Shown: positions 1 through 10,474, numbered from the stretch's first letter. The stretch is DNA of 13,686 bases from an uncultured Candidatus Binatia bacterium (GCA_965215605.1 CBDCDX010000004.1:1-13686); one strand, 5' to 3'. Notes: generated from the sequence alone by a model not told the origin. Program-made: numbers and translations.

Positions 1-2375
1 GTTTCCCGCTCCGACTCGCGCTGCTGAAAATCCAGAACCCAATTAATCGCGCCGGCAAGGGTTTCAAGCCTCTTCTGCGGCGTTCCCGCAAGTCCAGACC
101 GATAGTCAAATCCGTGGAACATCAAGCGTACGATATCGTACTTCTCCTGCATGACCGCAACGGCCTCGAATTCGTCGATGCCTGCATGCTCCTGATCCTC
201 TCGCGAATACTGCCCAAGGGCCGACTTCAGGTTTTGTGCGATGCCAATGTAGTCCACGATTAAACCAGCCGGCTTGTCGCGAAACACCCGGTTGACGCGT
301 GCGATGGCCTGCATGAGTCCATGTCCGCGCATAGGCTTGTCAACATACATCGTGTGCAGGCTTGGCGCATCGAACCCGGTCAGCCACATGTCACGGACTA
401 GGACCAGCTTGAGTCCATCGGAAGGATCCTTGATACGCTTCGCAAGCAACTCGCGCCGGGCCTTGCCACCGATGTGATCCTGCCAATGGGGTGGGTCCGA
501 AGCCGCGCCGGTCATGACCACCTTGACGACACCGCCCTCGACATCATCACTATGCCAGTCGGGGCGCAGCCTGACGATCTCGCCGTAGAGCGCGACGCAA
601 ATGCGCCGACTCATGCAGACAATCATGGCCTTCCCGTCGAGACCGACAAGGCGCCCCTCGAAATGCTCGACCAAGTCGCGCGCGACTAGGGCCAAACGCT
701 TCTCTGTCCCGACGACCGCCTCGACGTTCGCCCATTTTCGCTTTAGGCGCTCCTGCTCGCCTTCCGCCTCATCCTCGGTCAGTTCGGCGATCTCATCGTC
801 GAGCGCCGGCTTTTCGGCCTCGTCAAGTTCGATGCGCGCAAGGCGGCTCTCGTAAAAGATCGGAACGGTTGCGCCGTCCTCGACACCCCGATTGATGTCG
901 TAGACATCAATGTAATTACCGAATACGGCTGGCGTGTTCACATCGCTCCTTTCAATGGGCGTTCCGGTGAAGCCAATGAATGAGGCATTGGGCAGAGCAT
1001 CGCGCAGGTGCTTGGCAAAACCGTAGGAGATTTCGCCGGTGAACTTCGCCACCCTCGCGCCAAACCCGTACTGGCTGCGGTGCGCCTCGTCCGCAATGAC
1101 AACCACATTGCGCCTGTCTGTGAGTACCGGATATTTGGCTTCGCCGGATTCGGGGGCGAACTTGTGAAGGGTTGTAAACACGACACCGCCCGACGCTCGG
1201 GTGAGCACCTTGCGAAGATCCTCGCGGCTTTCCGCCTGCTGCGGGGTTTGGCGAAGCAGATCGCGGCACATCGAAAAGGTTCCGAACAACTGATCGTCGA
1301 GGTCGTTTCGGTCGGTGACGACGACCACGGTCGGGTTCCGCATAGCCTGATTGGCGATGATCTGTCCGGCGTAGAAGGCCATCAACAGACTCTTGCCCGA
1401 ACCCTGGGTGTGCCAGATGACGCCGATGCGCTTGTCGCCCTGTTCCCGCGATACCACGGACGGCAGCCCGCGTTGAGCTGGGTCCTCACCTGCGCGGCCG
1501 CGTGCAGTAAGTGTGGGGAATGCGCGCAAAGTGGATGCCACCGCGCGGCGCACAGCATGGAATTGGTGATAACCGGCCATGATCTTGACGAGACCAGCAC
1601 CCGTGTCGCCAAAGACTGTGAAGTCGCGAATCAGTGAGAGAAAACGGCCCTTCTCGAAGACGCCCTCTATCACAGTACCGAGCTCAGGCGATCCTTTCGG
1701 GGCGATTTCGGAGCCATCGATTGTGCGCCAGGGCATGAACCGCTCGATGTCAGCAGTCAACGAGCCGACGCGAGCATGAAGCCCGTCGGACGTGACTAAC
1801 AAGGCATTGGTACGGAACAGCGTAGGAATCTGGTTCTTGTAGGTCTGGAGCTGGTTGAACGCACCTTCCAATGTCGAATTCTCATCGCCTGGATTCTTCA
1901 GCTCGATGACAGCCAGTGGCAACCCGTTGATAAACAACACGACATCAGGTCGGCGGTTGTTTTGGTGCTCAATGACGGTATACTGATTGAGCGCGATCCA
2001 GTCATTGCTTTCCGGGTTGTCGAAGTCAATCAGCCAAGCCTTATCCACTCCAATGGTGCCGTCTTCCCGCGTAATTTCTACATCAAGACCATCCACCAGA
2101 ATCCGATGCAGCCGCCGGTTTTCCTCCACGAGAGACGGCGTTTCGATCTGCCGTATCTTCTTGAACGTTTCATCTAGCGTGTCTGCCGGAAGGTGCGGGT
2201 TGAGCGACTCAAGAGCCGAACGCAGCCGATCGACTAAAACCACGTCATCATAGCTGGCTCGTTTCGGGCGCGTCCCGTCCGGGCCAATGTCCGGGCCATA
2301 CCCAACGCTGTAGCCAAGCCCTTCCAGCCAGGAAAGGGCGGCATCCTCGACGTGACTTTCACAGAATTTCGACAT
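1..2375 (-). CDS. hsdR: Type I restriction enzyme endonuclease/motor subunit HsdR (3' end beyond the left edge of the window)
   Basis: Absent from the ORF track because it has no stop in the window. Manual translation from ATG 2375 gives [22 protein letters not shown]..., the nuclease motif [20 protein letters not shown], Walker [42 protein letters not shown] and QAIARVNR. The frame was spot-checked at about 2160, about 1450-1580 and position 3 and is the same at each. GGAGG at 2386-2390 (minus) lies upstream. Confidence 0.96.
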   Translation of the reverse strand, partial: MSKFCESHVEDAALSWLEGLGYSVGYGPDIGPDGTRPKRASYDDVVLVDRLRSALESLNPHLPADTLDETFKKIRQIETPSLVEENRRLHRILVDGLDVEITREDGTIGVDKAWLIDFDNPESNDWIALNQYTVIEHQNNRRPDVVLFINGLPLAVIELKNPGDENSTLEGAFNQLQTYKNQIPTLFRTNALLVTSDGLHARVGSLTADIERFMPWRTIDGSEIAPKGSPELGTVIEGVFEKGRFLSLIRDFTVFGDTGAGLVKIMAGYHQFHAVRRAVASTLRAFPTLTARGRAGEDPAQRGLPSVVSREQGDKRIGVIWHTQGSGKSLLMAFYAGQIIANQAMRNPTVVVVTDRNDLDDQLFGTFSMCRDLLRQTPQQAESREDLRKVLTRASGGVVFTTLHKFAPESGEAKYPVLTDRRNVVVIADEAHRSQYGFGARVAKFTGEISYGFAKHLRDALPNASFIGFTGTPIERSDVNTPAVFGNYIDVYDINRGVEDGATVPIFYESRLARIELDEAEKPALDDEIAELTEDEAEGEQERLKRKWANVEAVVGTEKRLALVARDLVEHFEGRLVGLDGKAMIVCMSRRICVALYGEIVRLRPDWHSDDVEGGVVKVVMTGAASDPPHWQDHIGGKARRELLAKRIKDPSDGLKLVLVRDMWLTGFDAPSLHTMYVDKPMRGHGLMQAIARVNRVFRDKPAGLIVDYIGIAQNLKSALGQYSREDQEHAGIDEFEAVAVMQEKYDIVRLMFHGFDYRSGLAGTPQKRLETLAGAINWVLDFQQRESERE

Positions 2376-2377
2376 GG

Positions 2378-5300
2378 TCAGGCTTCCTCCCCGGACAGGA
2401 CTTCCCAAATCTTGCGATATCCCGCACCGGTCAACGGCGCGTCGGCGGGCCTAGCACGGTTCCAGTCTCTCGGAGACATCGCTTTCAGGAAGCTGCGCGC
2501 TTTGCCGACGGAATAACGGCTTTCATCAGCACCGAAGACATCTTTGTAGAGCGAGCCGAGTTCTTCTGCCGCACTGCGTGGCGCGGCATTCATTCGCATC
2601 AGGACAGCGTCCTCAGTGCGGACACCGTGATAGATCATCGCGGGCAAGGCGTTGATCCTTCGACGCTCGACTTCGCTCATGCCGTCGAAATCTATCCCTG
2701 AGACGCGACTGAGGGCCGATACGCCCCATGTTCCGTTATTGACGATAGCGCGGTAGATCGCCTTGCACGCATCAGTGAAGGCTTTGGTTTCCGACCGGTC
2801 GGCATCGCGGGAGAAATAGGTCTTCGCGATGTCATCCAACCGTACACCATTGACCCAATCTCGGGTGATATTGGAAAGTTGCGTGTTGTCGAACCCGTCG
2901 CCGCCGATCTCTTCAAGCTGTTGCTTTAACTGTGGAATCTTGAGCATGACACCGAACAGATCAGCCATGCGTCCGCCTTCTCCAAACAGGCTGTCAGGTG
3001 CCCAGTCGTCCAGTCTCAAATGCTCTTCAAGGTTCCGCATTCCGGCCATGGCCTTCTGAACGCCTTCCGGCGAAAACCCCGTCGAATCCGCCAACTCTGC
3101 GGCTCCCGGCATCTCGGCCAACCTGCGCGCATAGCTCTTAGTCGCGTTCAGCAGAGCGTCGGCCTTGTCCCGTTTGGACGGATCATTGCGGAGGGTCGTA
3201 TATCCATAGGTCTGTCGCAGAAGCTGCTCGGATTCCGCGAGCACCGCGTCGAGGTTCTTCTTCTCCGCCCAGAGGTGGGCGACATAGCAACGGAAATCCT
3301 CCCACTGGTCTTGCCAGAGAACAGCATCGAGATTGTTGAGCTGTCCCTGGGCAGCGAGTTCATCCAAAAGCGCCACAAGGCGGGACGCCAAAGCACCGGT
3401 ATTGCGACGAACAAAGTCAATGATTGCGTCGCGGTCCTTGCCTTCCGCCAGGCCAACAACACCGACGCTATCGTGCCCGATGCGCCCGGCTCGCCCGGCA
3501 AGGTTCCAGAACTCCCGAGCCGACATTTCGACTGAACTCCGCCCCTGCGGCACGAAGCGAGAGGCCAGAAATATCGACAATACGGGGAAGTTGATACCCT
3601 GCGCAATTGTCGAAGTCGCGCACAAGACGCGAAGATGGCCAGACTCCGCAAGCCATTCCATGAGCGTCCGGATTTCATCGGAAAGACCGGCATGATGAAC
3701 ACCGACACCATGATCGAGCATATCGATCAGTTCGAACCTCGGACTGGCCTCTGTCTTAAGAAAATCCTGCACCAATCGCACATCGCCGGGAATGACATCG
3801 AACTCCGGCACACTCTGCGCCGCATGTCGGGCCATGGTCCAGACGGTGTTGATGTTATTGGCGACTCCAATGCTGGTACCACGTGCGGACATGACAGAGG
3901 CCATGGCAGCTGTCTGCAAACCAAAGCCCTTCTGCCGCCCTTTGCCCAGTACCTGACTTTTTGGAACATCGATGGGCCTGCAATCGCCTGCGCAATGCGT
4001 GCCGCGCAATTTCATGGCTCTTTCAGTGACGCTCAAGGTCTCGTATTCAAGTCGCCATCCGGCCCGCTCACTGTCATCGGTAATAGCCCTGTAGAGACCG
4101 ACGATCCGTTCGTTCGGTTTCCAGGACGTTGTACTGAAACTGATCGCCTTGCCAGCACCAATGTCCTGTGCCAGCCAGTGAGCCACGGTCTCGCTGCTCT
4201 CAACATAGGGCATCAGCAACAGGAAGTTGGCTTGCCGACAATCACGCTTGATCGTCGCAAGAAGAAACTCGATACGAAGACCTCTGGCCTCGGTTTCCAG
4301 ATTGTGCGCTTCGTCCATAACGACGAGCGCCAGCGGACGCGGCACATTCTTGTTACGAATGACCAGCGAGAGCTTCTCGGGTGTTGCAACGAGAACATCG
4401 AACGGTCGCTCCTGATCGGTCAGCAGCTCTTTCTCGAATGCGTCGACTTCAATGGCACCACTAAGCTGCTCCACCCTCAATCCGATTGGCTCGAAGTCCC
4501 GGCGAAGCCGCCTGGATATCTGCGCTGTTAGCGCTCTTGTCGGCGTGACATACGCGACCCAGCCCTTGTCTGCATCGAACTGGTTAAGAGCCTGGAGAAT
4601 CCGAAACTGCGCCAAAAGTGTCTTGCCTCCGGATGTCGGCATGTCGATCACGATTGCCGTCTTGGCTTGATCGAGAAGTCCTTGTTCGAGCAGGGCTGCC
4701 CGCTGCGGCGGCAAGAGTTCGAACATGGCTTGATGCTCGCGCTTGGTCAGCGCTTTGACGAAATTGGACACGCGGGAATTGACGGTTCGCGTTCCCCACC
4801 ACAGAGAATTCGTTACCATGATGCGGCCAGCAGCATGTAGCCAGCGAAGCATCACCTCATGCTGAGCGTCGCCGGATGCGATCGTCGCTTTGATACCGGA
4901 CTCAAAGTGTTTGTCGAGATCACCGAAGATGGTCTGCGACTGTCCTTGGAGCATGTACTCCGCAAGGACCTCAGTCCCTTTCGCCCAGTGGTACAAAGCA
5001 ATGAGGCGTAGCGCTACCGCCCGATCCTCCACGGCAGACCCGTTCGCCAGTCTTGCCGCTTCATGTGACTTCTGGTCTTCACGCAATCCGGCAATAATTT
5101 CGCGAATGCGGTCCAAATCGTCCCAGCCATCCTTTCTGAATAAACGAATCCAGCACTCAAACAGCCGATAGAGGAGCCGCCGGTCCCATGGCGCGTCGGC
5201 GACAGTCGGAACGGCAATGGCGGGAGCGTTTTCCTTGAACCAGCGCCGCAGATCGGACCAGCGGTCCCCGCAATAGGCGAGCGCCGAGAGTTGCAAGACT

Positions 5301-5650
5301 TGGAAGATGCGCTCTTCCGTGCTTTCCGGTATGTCTGCCAATCGCCGAATATCGAAGGCATGGTGGGACGCAGCAGTCGCCTGATCTCTCAGAGCGTCGT
5401 CACCACCAGCCGGACGGCTCAAGGTGTCGATCCCTTCGATAGCAGCCATTTCATAGGCAAGGGCGACACGGTCGAGCAACTTCTCGTCGGTTTCAGTTTC
5501 CTCGAATGCAAAATCTATCTGACGACCGACGGCACGTCTTACCAAACGCTTATTTATCAACTCTGAGGCGCGTTCGCGCTCTTCCTCGCCGATGGCACTG
5601 AGCGCCCAATGGGACTGGAGGGCTGCGAAAGCGGTAGCGGAGAGCGTCAT
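2378..5650 (-). CDS. Ski2-like SF2 DEAH-box helicase, 1090 aa, Hachiman HamB/AbpB-like
   Basis: About 300-aa N-terminal extension, then Q motif (LLPPQRAAL), I MPTSGGKT, Ia PTRALTAQ, Ib [41 protein letters not shown], and a long C-terminal region. GGAGG at 5657-5661 (minus) is 6 nt before the ATG. The helicase call is secure. The HamB-like call rests on size, architecture and the upstream nuclease partner. Confidence 0.85.
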   Translation of the reverse strand: MTLSATAFAALQSHWALSAIGEEERERASELINKRLVRRAVGRQIDFAFEETETDEKLLDRVALAYEMAAIEGIDTLSRPAGGDDALRDQATAASHHAFDIRRLADIPESTEERIFQVLQLSALAYCGDRWSDLRRWFKENAPAIAVPTVADAPWDRRLLYRLFECWIRLFRKDGWDDLDRIREIIAGLREDQKSHEAARLANGSAVEDRAVALRLIALYHWAKGTEVLAEYMLQGQSQTIFGDLDKHFESGIKATIASGDAQHEVMLRWLHAAGRIMVTNSLWWGTRTVNSRVSNFVKALTKREHQAMFELLPPQRAALLEQGLLDQAKTAIVIDMPTSGGKTLLAQFRILQALNQFDADKGWVAYVTPTRALTAQISRRLRRDFEPIGLRVEQLSGAIEVDAFEKELLTDQERPFDVLVATPEKLSLVIRNKNVPRPLALVVMDEAHNLETEARGLRIEFLLATIKRDCRQANFLLLMPYVESSETVAHWLAQDIGAGKAISFSTTSWKPNERIVGLYRAITDDSERAGWRLEYETLSVTERAMKLRGTHCAGDCRPIDVPKSQVLGKGRQKGFGLQTAAMASVMSARGTSIGVANNINTVWTMARHAAQSVPEFDVIPGDVRLVQDFLKTEASPRFELIDMLDHGVGVHHAGLSDEIRTLMEWLAESGHLRVLCATSTIAQGINFPVLSIFLASRFVPQGRSSVEMSAREFWNLAGRAGRIGHDSVGVVGLAEGKDRDAIIDFVRRNTGALASRLVALLDELAAQGQLNNLDAVLWQDQWEDFRCYVAHLWAEKKNLDAVLAESEQLLRQTYGYTTLRNDPSKRDKADALLNATKSYARRLAEMPGAAELADSTGFSPEGVQKAMAGMRNLEEHLRLDDWAPDSLFGEGGRMADLFGVMLKIPQLKQQLEEIGGDGFDNTQLSNITRDWVNGVRLDDIAKTYFSRDADRSETKAFTDACKAIYRAIVNNGTWGVSALSRVSGIDFDGMSEVERRRINALPAMIYHGVRTEDAVLMRMNAAPRSAAEELGSLYKDVFGADESRYSVGKARSFLKAMSPRDWNRARPADAPLTGAGYRKIWEVLSGEEA

Positions 5651-6451
5651 ACGTTGCCTCCAGTCCGAGTGGCCAAAGCCTTTGATGCCAGATTGTTGAT
5701 AACCCCTGCGGGTAAATACAGGTCGCTGCAGTTCTATCTCAAGGTGCCTGCCGGGCAGTTATCGCCAAGTTTCTCCACGTGTACACGAACATTGTTGTCA
5801 TGCGGATCGACGGCACGCACGAGATCGCCAAAGAGCAACACATCGGACGTGTTCTTAAGATAGCGCTTGGTAAACCGCATTGAAGCGATCGAGCCAAGGT
5901 GAATTCTTGGCACGATAGCTAAGGTATTTAAACAGGTCGTGTCCGAATCTCGACCTTATCGAAAAGGTCTTCGAGCTGTTGCTTCAGACCTGTGCGGCCA
6001 TACATAACACCGGGCGGGTGCTTTGCTTGTCCGGATGTCTTGACTTCGCCGAATGCGAAGCGATCGCCTTTCGCATCGTGCTGAATGCCTACGAGATCGG
6101 CACCGGGCAGGCTTGATCCGTTTTTGCGTTCGTCGCGTCCATCAGGCCAGGGAAACTGGCAATTCCGATGCTCGGTCAGGTAGGCTTCAGCAATGGCTTC
6201 GCCGACACGCCAGTTCTCGATATCGTCGGGATCGGCGAGGGCTTCGGCTAGATGCTCCTGTGCAAACTCGGTTATCGCCGACACCCGTCAGAAGCTCCTC
6301 AATGTCCGCTTTGCCCTGGTCGTCAATGACGAGCGTAGAAACCAGACCGCTTATGGCCTCGTCAAACTCGCCTTCTGTCCATGTGCGTCCGGAAACTTTG
6401 ACAGGGCGGAGCGCCAAGGCTGTAGCATTCCTCCCCCAAAGCGATCATCAT
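5647..6451 (-). pseudogene. PD-(D/E)xK nuclease, HamA/DUF1837-like, about 265 aa when reconstructed; multiply frameshifted as given
   Basis: Pieces in successive frames: MMIALGEECYSLGAP (ATG 6451, ATGA overlap with the hsdS stop) / PVKVSGRTWTEGEFDEAI...LLTGV / AITEFAQE...WRVGEAIAEAYL...LPGADLVG...FGEVKTS...KVEIR / DLFKYLSYRAKNSPWLDRFNA / TKRYLKNTSDVLLFG...[24 protein letters not shown] (TGA 5647-5649, ATGA overlap with the helicase start). The GE..L / GAD / GEVK arrangement is a restriction-endonuclease-fold catalytic signature. Frameshifts at about 6407, 6279, 5940 and 5872, plus an in-frame TAG at 5734-5736. Confidence 0.75.
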
Positions 6452-7575
6452 GCAACGGCCTCCACATCTCTTTCTGCATCGCGAAGATGAATTTCTCCGT
6501 CCATGAGCCTCGGGAGAAGCATGTCGCGGGTTTGGGCAAGAGTGTTGTCTTCCCGCTTGTTCGATACCATTTGTTCAAGGATGGGGGAGACGAGTTCCGA
6601 AAAGCTGAGAATCACCGGTTCATCAGGAATAGCAATCTCAGTCGGGGCCACGACTTCTGGGTGAATAGCCGGGTAGCGCTGCGCCTTCAGGCAGATTGGC
6701 GAGGCGTTGGATGTTCTCAGGAGCCGAATCGCGGAGAGATACACCAGTGCTCGGTACCGGTGTTTGATGGGCCTGAGCACGGCAAATCCTGTGCTTCCGG
6801 TTACACTTGCGTCGCCAATGTATGCAAAAGATCCGTTGCCGGGCCTAACCATCCCTACGATAGTATTGTCGGGTCGCAGGACGCGCTTTGCGCGGCTTGG
6901 CGCATCCTTCCAATCAAATCGCTGCGTAATCTCGATTCTCCCCCACTTCGTGTATGCGAGAGCGAAAGTTCTGAATTACTTCTGTATGGTCCTTCCTGGA
7001 GTAAGGTACTGCAGTCCTTGAAGATCGCCCACGCCATCGCTTCCAGCGTCTCGTTCATCCGGCGGTTCAGGTCGATTTTGTCGTCCAGCGCGCCGAGCAG
7101 CGACGCCACACGAATCTGTTCTGGCATTTTATGAAGCGAAAGTTCTATTCTCTGTAGGTCCTTCTGAGTAAGGTACGGCAGAGCGCTTCCAGAAGCTATC
7201 TCGTTGAAATCGAGCATGGACAGCAGATAGTAGAAGTACCTCTCGTTTACTTCTTTTCCATTTGGTTTTGCCGCCATCATATTGTTGTCGATTATTGTTG
7301 GCTGGCGCAAGATTCGCCGGCGGTTATAAGTCAATGCTACACCAATCTTCGCAAATACGACGGAGCCAGCTTCGTGTAGTCTATAGCGATTATTTGCAAC
7401 ATCCCCTTGGTCTACCCAATTCTCAGAGCGAGTCATTGATATTTCGTTCCCATTAACGTTCATGTCGCTCACTTTGATAAAAGGATAGTCTCCGGTTTTT
7501 CGTCCCTGAAATTGTCGTTTGAAGGCGTCGCCTGCTTTGAATTGACATAAATCGCCCAGTCTCGCCCGCAGCATC

Positions 7576-7583
<8 letters not shown>
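6448..7583 (-). pseudogene. hsdS: Type I R-M specificity subunit HsdS; TRD1 intact, central junction and TRD2 disrupted as given
   Basis: Likely start ATG 7583 (the track starts at 7595), overlapping the hsdM stop. TRD1 is followed by the conserved spacer EQIRVASLLGALDDKIDLNRRMNETLEAMAWAIFKD. TRD2 lies in another frame (TKWGRIE...APSRAKRVLRP...VRPGNGS...GSTGFAVLRP...YPAIHPEVV) and ends in the typical HsdS C-terminus LAQTRDMLLPRLMDGEI. Confidence 0.9.
6961..7176. repeat. Imperfect direct repeat within hsdS: 7135-7176 (42 bp) is repeated at 6961-7009 (49 bp) with 7 single-base insertions
   Basis: 7135-7176 = agcgaaagttctattctctgtaggtccttctgagtaaggtac. 6961-7009 = agcgaaagttct[g]a[a]tt[a]ct[t]ctgta[t]ggtccttc[c]tg[g]agtaaggtac. 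No substitutions are needed for the alignment. Confidence 0.9.
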
Positions 7584-9123
<1,540 letters not shown>

Positions 9124-9343
9124 TTATCGCGCTCTGTAGCCGTGCCAGTCGTATTGCAGATATCCTAAATTAACCGACTCTCTTGTGACGTTCTGAACCA
9201 GAAAAATTTCCTTCCGAAAATCTTTTACCAGCTTGCTGCGCGTCGCGGTTCGTATCAAAACATACCACCGACTCGCGATTGTGCAACAGCGCAAAACGTC
9301 CCTCATCGGAATCGATCAAATTTGAAAGGATAATATAGTGGTG
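9124..9343 (-). pseudogene. 5'-truncated, frameshifted small hypothetical protein (DUF5678-like)
   Basis: LSNLIDSDEGRFALLHNRESVVCFDTNRDAQQAGKRFSEGNFS continues after one extra base at about 9199 as VQNVTRESVNLGYLQYDWHGYRAR*. This resembles small proteins of the pattern G.FAL......V..FD...DA..AG......FS.Q.VT...V.LG. The family name comes from recalled resemblance only. Confidence 0.45.
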
Positions 9344-9517
9344 TTTGAACCTGGCCCGTGCCGCTTGTGAACCGATAGGTGTAGCGTAGTTGGCCTTGGA
9401 ATTGAAAGGCGAGTCAATATAGATGAGGTCTACCGACTCCAAGTTCATGCCGCGCATGATGTTCAGATTATCACCTGTCCATATAGTCTGGGTTGCCCAG
9501 CTATCCTCCCCCATCAT
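9344..9517 (-). pseudogene. N-terminal remnant of a beta-class N4/N6 site-specific DNA methyltransferase
   Basis: TIWTGDNLNIMRGMNLESVDLIYIDSPFNSKANY matches the GDNL...SVDLIYxDPPF motif IV region, with DPPF changed to DSPF. Similarity ends after ARARFK and there is no SAM-binding motif I. Confidence 0.85.
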
Positions 9518-9830
9518 TTCTCCCAGTATCATCAGACGTTTGGATATACATAGTTTGGGGGCTGAGTGCTCCGCGCTCTTTTAGAGCTATAAATTCTGAC
9601 CTCGTGAGCATTTTTATCGCCTTTACATCATCAGACGTCACAGCGTTCTTTTTAGGTTTCTGAAAGTTTGGCAGCAATCCGGCCCAGATACGCTTTATCT
9701 CAGGCAGATATAAGAAAACAGCAGTAGCCAATGACGCACCAAAGCCCATCGTCCAAACCCATTGAGGAACAGTGAAAACCATCACACCATTTCCAAATCC
9801 AAGGGCGACTGTAAAGACGTGTTTCCGCAT
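9501..9830 (-). CDS. Small hypothetical membrane protein, 109 aa
   Basis: Hydrophobic N-terminal ~42 aa (1-2 predicted TM segments), a Lys-rich linker and a short C-terminal motif. Same strand as the operon, with a promoter-like sequence directly upstream. Confidence 0.55.
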   Translation of the reverse strand: MRKHVFTVALGFGNGVMVFTVPQWVWTMGFGASLATAVFLYLPEIKRIWAGLLPNFQKPKKNAVTSDDVKAIKMLTRSEFIALKERGALSPQTMYIQTSDDTGRNDGGG

Positions 9831-9836
9831 CCGCGT

Positions 9837-9866
9837 ATACTACTTACCCCCATACACTACTGTCAA
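9837..9866 (-). promoter_or_regulatory. Putative sigma70 promoter for the accessory operon
   Basis: Minus strand reads TTGACA (9866-9861, perfect -35), 18 nt, TAGTAT (9842-9837, 4/6 match to -10 with the key T, A, T positions), 6 nt, then ATG 9830. Confidence 0.55.
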
Positions 9867-10035
9867 CTATACAGCCGCGAATTTGAAAGTATTTCTTGAA
9901 AACTTAGTGGTTAAGATCGACTTCTTCCTGCTGTATACATACTGCTATTAGGATTTGCCTTGGAAAATTCATTGAACATTGCAAACAGTGCTTCGGATTA
10001 TCCACGTTGCAATTGGCATGATCATTAACGCAACG

Positions 10036-10055
10036 AAAAACTTCCAAAAACTTCC
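10036..10055. repeat. Tandem 10-bp duplication AAAAACTTCC x2
   Basis: Read directly at 10036-10045 and 10046-10055 in the AT-rich intergenic region. Confidence 0.8.
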
Positions 10056-10264
10056 AGTTCACTGATGCTGTTTGTCAATTGAAAACATTTTATAGTCCGA
10101 CAAGCATAACCTGGTTACTGTAGAACTCCAGATAGGCTTGACGTCCATTTTTCCACATGACTTACTTGGATTATTGCCTTTGATTATAGCACTCGGAACA
10201 ACCAACCAGCGAAATGCAAAGTCATGAGGTCAAGAGCTCGACATCATCATGCAAGGCTGCGTCC

Positions 10265-10291
10265 AAACCCGTTTCGGGTTTCGCTTTTTTT
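10265..10291 (+). terminator. Intrinsic-terminator-like hairpin downstream of tRNA-Cys
   Basis: AAACCCG-TTT-CGGGTTT (10265-10281) followed by CGC and T7 (10285-10291) on the + strand. On the - strand the same hairpin is preceded by A7 and ends in only TTT. Confidence 0.6.
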
Positions 10292-10327
10292 GGGGATGGG
10301 CACCACCGCCAGCATCAGCGTCACAAC

Positions 10328-10401
10328 TGGAGGCCGGGGTCGGAATCGAACCGGCGTAGACGGCTTTGCAGGCCGCTGCATAACCACTCTGCCACCCGGC
10401 C
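10328..10401 (-). tRNA. tRNA-Cys (GCA), 74 nt, CCA encoded
   Basis: GGCCGGGTGGCAGAGTGGTTATGCAGCGGCCTGCAAAGCCGTCTACGCCGGTTCGATTCCGACCCCGGCCTCCA folds as a cloverleaf with anticodon GCA, T-loop TTCGATT and U73 discriminator. Confidence 0.98.
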
Positions 10402-10474
10402 AGTATGAGGCTGATTTGAATGACCAAATCAGTAGATCCATCGCATGCGGCATGAATCTCCCGAGTGAACGGAA

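Noticed and set aside
1-12. GTTTCCCGCTCC matches the 3' end of tRNA-Gly (possible att site)
   Set aside because: Only 12 bp are visible, the orientation is inverted relative to the tRNA gene, and it lies inside the hsdR reading frame. An att duplication should be a direct repeat.
3635-4531. 298-aa plus-strand ORF (and 3020-3535, 1008-1637, 8164-8562)
   Set aside because: Antisense shadows of the helicase, hsdR and hsdM, which is common in GC-rich coding DNA. No independent motifs.
5647-6451. Programmed ribosomal frameshifting or phase variation as the cause of the nuclease frameshifts
   Set aside because: There are too many shifts, and they are not at long homopolymer or simple-repeat tracts or recognisable slippery heptamers.
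6193-7134. 313-aa plus-strand ORF running unbroken across the frameshifted hsdS/nuclease region
   Set aside because: No recognisable motifs, Ser/Cys/Arg-rich composition, and antisense to clearly homologous hsdS and nuclease sequence. Treated as a shadow ORF.
9860-9944. Canonical LexA boxes
   Set aside because: Spacing is N7 in the first, and the second has N6 with a mismatched half-site. Not called as SOS boxes and kept only as a possible operator.
9870-10260. CRISPR array or structured ncRNA in the AT-rich intergenic region
   Set aside because: No regularly spaced repeats beyond one 10-bp tandem duplication, and no recognisable RNA family.
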